From Geosiphon pyriformis uo1 (lineage: Eukaryota; Fungi; Glomeromycota): a stretch of 13,003 nucleotides of DNA. The position numbers were made by a program, and so were the translations under genes. Below are positions 1-8,240 of the stretch, piece after piece (the first letter of the stretch is position 1; every line of letters starts with the position of its first letter). Below the pieces are notes generated by a model, which saw only the letters and a program-made list of their open reading frames with translations, was not told the origin of the DNA and searched no databases. The stretch spans positions 36,032 through 49,034 of the forward strand of contig JAAOMT010000008.1 of the NCBI GenBank assembly GCA_016748015.1, in the 5' to 3' direction.

Positions 1-280
1 TTTGTTGAATTGTAGCATTTGGTGAAATACTAATCAGAGTAAGCATTAGGTTTTCTCTTAAAGCAAGCTTTAAAAGTTCTGGCAGGTAAATTCCAGAATA
101 ACTTCTTGTGTTTTTCTTATATGGGTGATATTTTCATGAATTTGGGACTAAATTTGTAACTACTTCTGTTTGGGTATAATTAATGTGGTTTCCAGTAATA
201 GTAATAGATAATTCGGGTATTGTTTTTAAAGCTAACATTAGTTTTTGGGATAATTGTTGAATGTTTTGAAGAATAGTCAT
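1..280 (-). pseudogene. Extra ORF of unknown function downstream of pol (truncated by window edge)
   Basis: ATG at 278-280, then 93 codons to the window edge with one TGA (134-136): MTILQNIQQLSQKLMLALKTIPELSITITGNHINYTQTEVVTNLVPNS*KYHPYKKNTRSYSGIYLPELLKLALRENLMLTLISISPNATIQQ. Confidence 0.65.
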
Positions 281-380
281 TATAAGAGATTTGAAAAAAA
301 TTTATTTTTGGTGTATGGGTTTTTATGTTATTTTTGTTTTGATTGTTTCTAAATTATAAGGGAATAACTAGTAAATTAAA

Positions 381-1765
381 TTAAATGTTCAGGTTGGAAG
401 GTTGTTCAATGACAACTATTGGTTCTAAGTTTTGGGGAATATCTTCAGGATTGACTAAAAAAGAATATGTACCAATTTGTGGAATTAATGATTTAGGATT
501 GTTTCTGGAATGATAGTGTTTCAACGATCTCCATGTGCAACTTTTGCTAGGATTTTGTCATCAAGTCTTAGCTTGTATGATCTGTTGTCTAGGACTTTAT
601 GGATAAAGAATAGTTCATCCCATTTATTTTCAAATTTTCTATTCCATTGTTTTTCAGCTTTAGTTTTGTGTAAGAAAACTTTGTTTCCGATTTTAAATTT
701 ATTGGTGACTGGAGGCAATTTGTCATCATGCCATTCTTTTTGTCAAGCTTGGGAGTGTTCAATATGGGTGGCTGCTATTTGTTGTTTTCCTTCCAATATG
801 CTAAGCAGAGTGTAGGCTCTTTGCTGAAGCATTTCTTGGAAATTGTTTTCATCAATTGGTTATGCTGGGTATGTTTCCACTGTGAAACTAATTGGTAATG
901 TTGCTGTCCTTCCATAAGTTAAATTAAATGATGTGTGTTTTGTGGTATCTTGTTTTAGTGTTCTGTATGCTAGTAACACTGATGGAATAAAAATATCCTA
1001 CTCTTACTCAAAATCAGTTGAGACTTTAGCTAATGACTCACACAATGTTCTGTTAAAATGTTCCACAAGTCTATTTGTTTGTAGATGGTAGGGCAAAAAC
1101 AGAGGTCTTTTGACATTGAATCGTTCGCAAATTTCTTGTATCAGATTGTTCACAAAGTATGTCCTCTGATCGGATAAAAGTTCAATTGGACATCTATGTC
1201 TATAAATGATGTCTTTGTAGATGAAATTTGCTACTGATTTTGCATCTGCTCAATGAATGGCTCTGGCTTTAGGCCATTTAGTAAGATAGTCTACAGCTAC
1301 TGCAATATAACGGTTTCCTTGAATGGTGATAAATAGTGGTCCGACTAAATTGATACCAACTCAGTCAAAGGGTTATCCAACTTTAATTGGATTTAATGGT
1401 TCAGTAGGGTGTGTTCTTTCTCTTTTTTAACAAATATCACAAGATTCGACATATTTGTAAATGTCTTTTCTCATTCGAGGCCAAAAGTAGTATTCTAGTA
1501 TTCTTTGGATGGTGCCATCTTTTCCGAAGTGTGCTGATAAAGGATCTGAGTGCATGTTGTATAATATGGTCTCTTTTTCCTGTTCTTGTATTAATTTGAG
1601 TGGTTTGTTTGGGTTTTTGAAATTTCGATGATAAATAATGTTGTTGTATAGAAAATATTGTTTGGTTTGTTGTTGTAATCGATGTTTTTCATCTGGAGAC
1701 CAATCTGTTGGGATTGTTAATGTTTCCAAATATTGCTTGAGATTGTTATAGTTTTTTGAATTCAT
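381..1765 (-). pseudogene. Integrase (HHCC finger, DDE core, GPY/F-like C-terminus; no chromodomain seen)
   Basis: H-SDPLSA-H...W...CDIC; core GI(N)LVGPL, VDYLTKW, LLSDQ, QTNRLVEHFNRTL. The C-terminus reads KWDELFFI..SYKL..VAHGDR, then after a 1-bp frameshift KHYHSR...NLEPIVVIEQPSNLNI*. Confidence 0.95.
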
Positions 1766-1831
1766 TGTTTATTGGCTCTTTTGGTTGGTTAAGTTGAGTG
1801 TTGGTTTTTGTGTTTTCTAATCTTGTCTTAT

Positions 1832-2200
1832 TCTGGAGAGACAGTCAACATTGGTGTGGAGTTTTCCTGGTTTGTGATGTACTATGTATCAATAATTTGC
1901 TAGAAATCCTGTCCATTGGGTTTGTTTTGCATTCAGCTAAGTATTTTTGTTCTGAAGCCATTTGAGTCCAATATTATCAGTAATAATATCAAATTTTTTA
2001 GGCCTGAGATAAAGGTTGAAGTGGTGTAGGGCCCAAATTATGGCTGCTGTTTCTAGTTTTGTGGCAGGATAATTTTTCTTAGCTGGTTTTAATGTTCTGC
2101 TGGCATAGGCAATTATTCGCTCATTTCCATTGTCATCCAATTGTGATAGGATAGCACCAAAAGCAGTATAAGAGGCATCTGTTGCTAATTGGAATTGGTT
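1832..2200 (-). pseudogene. RNase H domain (Ty3/Gypsy type)
   Basis: FQLATDAS..FGAILSQ...IAYASRTL...LETAAIIWAL...IITDN...HKPGKLHTNVDCLSR. Confidence 0.95.
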
Positions 2201-2439
2201 ACTGAAATCCGAGTAGGCAAGGATTGGAGCTGTTGTCAGTTTTTTCTTGAGAATTTCAAAAGCTTTTTGGTGTTTAGTAGTCCATTTGTATTCAACGTTT
2301 TTGGTGGTGAACTGGTTGAAGGGTTTTGCAATTTCTGAGAATTCTTTAATAAACTTCCGATAGTAGGATGCTAATCCTATAAATCTTCTTAGTTCTGTAG
2401 TGTTTCTTGGAGTTTTGAAGTTTTTGACAACGTTGATTT

Positions 2440-3140
2440 TTCCAGGGTCTAGTTTAATTCTATCTTTACTAACAATGTGTCCAAGAAAGGCCAAGCTTGT
2501 TTTTCCAAAGTAGCATTTTTTGATGTTGAGTTTTAGTCCTGCTTTTTGTAATCGTTGAAAAACTTCTCGCAGATGTTTTAAGTGTAATTTAAACGATGGA
2601 GAATAAACATCAGTATTGTCAAGATAAACGACTACTGACTTCCAAAGAAGTCCTTGGTACACAACATCCATTAATCTTTGAAACGTTGCTGGTGCATTGC
2701 ATAATCTGAAAGGCATTATATTGAACTTGTAATTTCTGCCTTGGGTGGTAAATGCTATTTTGGGGCAATCTTTGGAATTCATAGCAACTTGCCAGTAACC
2801 GTTTTCTAAATCTAGTGTTGAAAAGTATTTGGATTTTCTAAGGGCATCTAATATGTCATCAATCTGGGGAAAGAGGTAGGCATCTTCAATTGTAATACTG
2901 TTGAGTTGTTGATAGTCAACACAAAATCAGATCTTTCTATTTTTCTTTTTAACTAGCACTACAGGTGAAGCCCAAGGACTCATGGAGGGTTGGATGAGCT
3001 CATTGTTAAGTATTTGTTGTACTTCTTCTCGGATGAATTGGTGGCTTTCTGGAGCAACTCGATATGCTTGTTGTCTTTTTGGTTTGGCATCTCCTATATA
3101 AATTTGGTATTGAACCAAATCGGTTCTTCCTAAGTCATTG
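2440..3140 (-). pseudogene. Reverse transcriptase domain (Ty3/Gypsy type)
   Basis: LGRTDLV...SPWASPVVLVKKK..KI*FCVDYQQLN...FSTLDLENGYWQV...MPFRLCNAPATFQRLMD...VYLDN (YLDD>YLDN at 2615-2626)...FLGH. Confidence 0.97.
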
Positions 3141-3658
3141 TTGTTTTCAGCAAAGATATTGGCAAATTCTGCAATTAGTTCTTTAAGCTGGGTCTGTTGT
3201 TGTGATTCAAGTTGTCCTATGTTGATTCGAGATAGTTTTTCCATAACAACATGGTAGTTTTTGAAGCTGGAATTTGGGTTGATTTTTGGTAGTGAATGTC
3301 CAATAATTTCAAAGAAATCGGGAACTGTTTGGGGTAATTCTTGTTGAAATATATTACTGTGAATAACTCCAATTTCTAAATTATTTAATAAAATTATGGA
3401 GTAATTATTGGGGTTGTAAAAAGTAACTCGGACTTTCTTTGTTCCTTCTGGAATATAAATGTTTGGGATCAAAATATTATGTTCCAAGCAGACTTGTTCA
3501 TTGGACTCAAAAATTTGTTATGTGGTTGTTGGCTTTGGGCAGATATAGATTTCTGGATGTTCTCCAAAGGGTAAGATGGTAATTGGTTGTGGAAGTCTGA
3601 GAATCTGGTGGAATTCGTTCTGTGTGTTAAGAGCTATATTAACTGGAACTGTGAATCG

Positions 3659-4090
3659 TCCAGTTGAACCAAAACCTTGGGTTCCTCTATCGTTTTTTCC
3701 TAATTGTTCTCTTTGATTGACTAGTTGCAAACCCAAAATGTTGATTAGGGGTAGGTAAATAGCTTGGGCAATTTTTTCAGCATGTTTGATCTTGAATGGT
3801 TTGTCAGTTTTATTTTGAAGCATTACTGTAATGTTTCCAGTATATCCAGCATTGATTATTCCTCCTCTGACATTGATTCTTTTACTTGCCAAAAAGGACT
3901 GGGAGGTAATTTGAACCATTGCTTCTGGCAGGATTTTGAGTGCAATTTTGAGGTTGATTTTTGTGAAAAATTTGGGTTTGAGAACAAGAGTATCCTTGCC
4001 TGGATATCTTAAGTCATATCCAGCATCAATTTTGTGTGCTTTTTCAGGTTTTATTCTTTGTCCGTTGTTGTTGAAGTATTTAAGTTGTAA
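3659..4090 (-). pseudogene. dut: Trimeric dUTPase domain within pol
   Basis: All five motifs in order: DAGYDL; SQSFL (decayed RSS/RSG); GIINAGYTG (catalytic D>N, GAT>AAT at 3851-3853); KIAQ; RGTQGFGSTG. Confidence 0.95.
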
Positions 4091-5053
4091 GGCAGGCTGA
4101 TTTTTGATAAGGTAGATGGGTGTTGTTTCAATTTCTTCTGTTGCTTCAGATTCTCCAAATTCAATTTCATTCTCATTATTTTCGCTGGGCAAGAGGATAC
4201 TAAGAGCGTAGCATTCAAGACACCACTGTTCATCACAAGGCATAATGCATTCTTCACATAGCCTAATGTTTATTTGCTCTAATCATTGAATTTGAGTTTC
4301 TTGGGTTGGGTAGATGTGACTTGCAATTTGGTGGTAGACTTCTACTTCATCTTCATAATCAAATCCAGCTAATTCCATGGTGTATTCAATGTATTCTGCT
4401 TCCTTTATTTGACAAACATCTTCTTTGGTAACTCCATTAATTAATGCCATTGCTAGATTGAAAATTATCTCGGCATTATGGGGGTAGTGATAAAGTTTAT
4501 TGAAAGCACTGTTGTATGCTACATTAAAAAATGTTCCTCTTTTTACTTTTTCTGAAATTAATAAAGCATATTGGCAGGTCTGATCACAGATTTCTCCTCT
4601 CATGACTACATCAATCCAATTGCATTCTTCCAGTAGCATATCTCCACAAGTCAAACAAGGGATGTTGTCCCATTTTCCACTTTTTTTTATTAGATGGCCT
4701 CATCATTCTCTGTGGCAAGCCTTGCAGTAATAATAAGTATGATTTTCATATTCTTTTTCAGGTAAAATGCAGACTTCCATTGACGATAGTTTCTTGTGGC
4801 AGTCCTTATATTTAAGGGGAATATAGGGGCGTTGTTTTCTTGGTTTGGGTTTTAAGTAAGAGATATTCCATCCAGAGGTTTTGGGTTCAGTGTGTTGGGT
4901 AAAATGTTTTTGTTCTGTTTCATTGGTCCAGTTGGATGTTAATCCCAAAGCCATGAATGTTTCAATGAAGGGTTTTTCCTCTTCCGATTCGAATTCAAAA
5001 GCCGGAGCTTTTTCAGAGTGTTTGTTAAATGTACCACAAGTGGCAAGTACTCA

Positions 5054-5400
5054 GGCGTGTTGTTTTTGGTAGGAGATTGTTAACTCTTGTGTTTTCCAAT
5101 TCAGATTAGCATTGGCTTTTTGAAGCCAATCATTTCCAATGAGAGCTTGGTACTGGGGTGCGTCCATTACAAGAACTTTGACTGGAATGATGATTCCATC
5201 AAAGGTGAATAGAAAATTGTCAATTTCTCCTACTGGGGTCTTTTTTATGCCATTGGCAGTGACAATTACTGTTTGAGCTGGTCGGTTGACATTTCTTTTC
5301 AACTGTTGTATTAACTGGTAGGTGATAATGCTTCCGGCGGATCCACTGTCTAGGATCAAGCAAATTGTTTTTCCTTCAACTTCTGCTTCAATGTACATAG
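5054..5400 (-). pseudogene. Retropepsin aspartic protease domain
   Basis: LILDSGSAGSII (DSG at 5342-5350), flap-like VTANG, and ALIGNDWL. Confidence 0.95.
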
Positions 5401-5953
5401 CTGTGATTGCTTTTTGTTCATTAGCAGCTGCATTGCTAAGCAGAAATGGTGACTCATTTGCTTCAAACTCAAAAGAGAATATATCTGAAAGATTAGCATT
5501 TTCAGCGATTCTGGCTGGTGGGATTGTAATGGGATAAGAAGGGTTTTGTTGTTGTGCTGCAGCTCTACCTTTCGAAGGTACAGTATGGTGAAAATTCTGT
5601 TCTTTTGACATTGTTAAATAACTGGGTTGAGTGTGATAGTGGTTGGGTTTTGGTTGAGTGGAATTTTGGGGAACCAATTGGTTGTTCAAACTGATTCTAT
5701 TGTTGTTTACTTGGTATTGGTTTTGTGGTGTGAATTGATTTTGTGTAATCAGTCTTCGAGCAGGTACTTGATAATGTTGTGTGGGCAGTTGTTGGTATTG
5801 CTGTTGGATTGGCTGTGAAGCAGGCTGATAATAGTTATTTTGATATTGGGGTCTTGGTAGATAGTAAGCTGGTGGTGGTGGTTGATAATAAGATTGCTGT
5901 GGTAGAGAGTAATGTTGATTATTCATATTTTGTTGGTCTCATTATAGCTTTCT

Positions 5954-5995
5954 GCAATCTCTTTTCCAATGGCCAGAGATTTCACAGTAATGACA
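5954..5995 (-). other. Nucleocapsid zinc knuckle Cx2Cx4Hx4C
   Basis: CHYCEISGHWKRDC in the gag frame, lying between stops and therefore absent from the ORF track. Confidence 0.95.
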
Positions 5996-6082
5996 ATTCT
6001 GAGGCTGGTTATTGGAAAGTGGTGCAAAGTTATTTTGATTTCGTCTTTGAGATGGTTGATATCTTTGGGGTTGCTGTTGTTG

Positions 6083-6700
6083 TTAATTGGTGAAATAATT
6101 TTCAACCTTCTTTGTGAGTTGGTCAATTTTTTTCTCGGCTGCTGAGCTGGTTTTTCCAATTGCCAAATTTACAAGTTTTGTGCGATTGGCCTCTTCCATG
6201 GCCATTTCATATCTTTTTGCATGCTGTATGGCAGAATTTAAATCTTCTGGCACATGTGGGCGAATCTTTTTAATTAGTTTATCTTTTAGACCAGCAATAA
6301 ATTGATCCAAAATTTGAGCATTGGAATAATAATTGTTTGTTTCGAGTTGGCGAATTTGTCTAAGAAGTTTATTGAATTTCCCAATATAAGTTATAACAGA
6401 TTTGCAGGGTTCTTGTTTGATATTTCGAAAACAATTGCGATGAGTAATGGAGGTATTATTGTTGGTGAACTGTTCAAAGAAGGCTGCTTTGAAAGCGTTC
6501 CAATCATTAAATGGAGCAGTCAAGTTTTCAAACCATTCTCCTGCTGTTCCTTTGAGAAAGTAGAAAATTGTTCTTAACATTCTGGCAGCATTCTATCCAT
6601 TTACATCTCCAGCTTTAGTAGCTTGGTCAAGCCATTCTTGAGGACTGGTCTCAATGTCTTTTCCATTAAATTCAGGGATTTTTGTGATGTATGTTGTCAT
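6083..6700 (-). pseudogene. gag: Gag capsid domain (retrotransposon gag)
   Basis: MTTYITKIPEFNGKDIETSPQEWL...LKGTAGEWFENL...WNAFKAAFFEQF...IKQEPCKSVITYIGKFNKL (major-homology-region-like)...QFIAGLK; internal TAG at 6593-6595 where Trp is expected. Confidence 0.9.
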
Positions 6701-7876
6701 TTCATATTCTTCATTTTCACTGTCTATTAATTCTTCTTCAGATATTTCAGGTTTGTTTTCTTCGTTTGCTGCTGTTTCAGAGTGTTCACTTTGATTTTCA
6801 GCTAGAAAGTCAAGAAGATTGGAACTAGTTTGAAGGGATTCTTGTTGTCTGATAGGACTTCTGAGTGATGTAAAATCTTCTGGTCTTGTAAATCAATTTA
6901 AGGGTGAATTAGGCGTTTGTGCTTGTGCAAGTAAAGCTGGAAAAGGTGTGATAATAAGTAGAAGTTTTGAACTGGTTCCTTGTTCAGGTGTTTGTAAATG
7001 GTTGGCAGTTGTTTTTGGTAGTGTTGGAGTATTTGGGGTGGTTTTTGAGTATTGCTTCAATTTGTTTTTGCCTTTGTTGCTTGTTTTTGTTTCCAATTCA
7101 AAATCAATAGAGTATTGAGACTGCACTGAATATGTTTCTTCACAGTATTTGATAATGTTAAAATTAAGTTTGTAAAAGTAAGTGGCAAGTGTTTTGCTGT
7201 TAAGGTCTTCAGTTCTCAACTGTGAATAGTGTGCTAAATTATTGTAAAGGTTGCTTCTAACTTCTGAAATATTGTAATTTCCAAAAAGATAATTGTTGAT
7301 GCAGTTTTCAATGTATTGGTATACTAATTTCTTGACAACTTCAATTCCGTCTGGAATGTTGAATCTTTGCTTGCAGTGGGTGTAAATTGATTGGTAATAC
7401 TCTAGAGTTGTTGCGTCTAGTGTGGTTGCCACTTTGAATTTTGTTGTTGCTGTGTTATTTCTATGGAAGAGCACCAAATGTTACTGGAGGTTTTTGGTCT
7501 TTTTTCTTAAATGTTGTTGATGCTTGTTTGCTGTGAATTCACGTTTTCTGGATGTGGTTGAACCTCCAGTAACTGAATTTATCTTCAAATTATCTCCTAT
7601 AATTTGAACTTGCTGGGCTTATGAGTGGAATGACCAATTCCGTGCCAGTTGCTTTATGTAGTTATGTTGTAGTAAATGTCAACTCTTTCCCAGGAATTGC
7701 TTGTCTGGAAGCTCACGAAAAATGAGTAGTTACTTTGTTGTGAAAGTCAACTCTTCTACAGAAATCTTGTCTGTAGACTACCCTAATGATTGTAATAAGA
7801 AAAGAAAAGAAAAATAAAAGAAATAGGATTTTTATCAAGGGAAACATTTTCTATCCAGACCTGGAGTCACTAACAG

Positions 7877-7882
7877 TTTATT
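7877..7882 (-). terminator. Candidate LTR polyadenylation signal AATAAA
   Basis: AATAAA on the minus strand ~85 nt before the inferred LTR end, followed by a T-rich tract. A second AATAAA occurs at 7979-7984. Confidence 0.4.
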
Positions 7883-8059
7883 GAAATTGGTAGCTAATCA
7901 ATTTCAAAACATTAGTTGGGTTTTGGGGATTTTCCAAGTGTAATAATTAAAGAATTTGGTTTTTCAAATTATTTGATATTTATTTCTTTTGTGTATGTAG
8001 GAATGGTTCTAAGTGATAAATCTAAAGTAAGATACATTTTCTCAAAGAGAGATGCTCTT

Positions 8060-8067
8060 CTTTTATA
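8060..8067 (-). promoter_or_regulatory. TATA box of the LTR promoter (TATAAAAG)
   Basis: Minus strand GTTGTATAAAAGAAGAG, a canonical TATAWAWR oriented towards gag and ~55 bp downstream of the repeat array. Confidence 0.6.
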
Positions 8068-8119
8068 CAACTTGTCATAATACTATTCTATGAACTTAAA
8101 CTTTGCTATTTTTTACAAT

Positions 8120-8240
8120 TTTGCTGAACTAAAGATACATTTCGGCGAACTACAAGATATTTCTGCAAACTATTAGATATTTCAGTGAACTATCAATTAT
8201 TTCGGCAAATTTCTACAAATTTCGGTGAACTTTTGAATAT
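8120..8240. repeat. Tandem array of ~6 x 20-bp units, consensus about TTCGGCGAACTAnnAGATAT, in LTR U3
   Basis: Units start at 8141 (ttcggcgaac), 8161 (ttctgcaaac), 8181 (ttcagtgaac), 8201 (ttcggcaaat), 8221 (ttcggtgaac), plus a diverged unit at 8120 (tttgctgaac). Confidence 0.9.

Larger units (their letters stand above)
381..7582 (-). pseudogene. Single-frame gag-pol polyprotein (~2400 codons), disrupted
   Basis: Minus-strand ORFs starting at 7477, 6580, 5926, 4954, 4654, 4243, 3487, 2782, 1765 and 718 are all in the same frame, and the gaps read through as coherent protein. The start is guessed at ATA 7580-7582 (ATG>ATA, giving MNSVTGGSTTSRKR). One 1-bp frameshift near 523; final stop TAA at 381-383. 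Confidence 0.88.

Noticed and set aside
381-520. Chromodomain at the integrase C-terminus
   Set aside because: The tail is short and lacks chromodomain aromatic motifs (Y.VKW.G.....TWE).
4051-6159. Alternate-frame minus ORFs 4051-4257 and 5923-6159 as separate genes or evidence of programmed frameshifting
   Set aside because: The conserved motifs (CCHC, CxxC, dUTPase) are all in the main frame, so no frameshift is needed between gag and pol.
510-6577. Plus-strand ORFs in the track (510-815, 1411-1599, 3764-4012, 4881-5072, 5322-5537, 5627-5818, 5779-6093, 6114-6305, 6302-6577)
   Set aside because: Antisense shadows of the gag-pol frame with no motifs.
381-7582. Alternative genetic code or stop read-through explaining the in-frame stops
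   Set aside because: All three stop types occur and catalytic residues are also mutated, which indicates mutational decay.
7861-7872. TAGTGACTCCAG (minus strand) as a decayed tRNA PBS, with the LTR ending at 7882
   Set aside because: It needs two substitutions and a 9-nt gap from the CA end. The TTACA terminus at 7791, preceded by AATAAA and a T-rich tract, fits better. Not fully excluded without the 3' LTR.
8120-8240. CRISPR-like or iteron-like array
   Set aside because: Total period is only 20 bp with ~10-bp variable parts, there are no cas or rep genes, and the context is a eukaryotic LTR.
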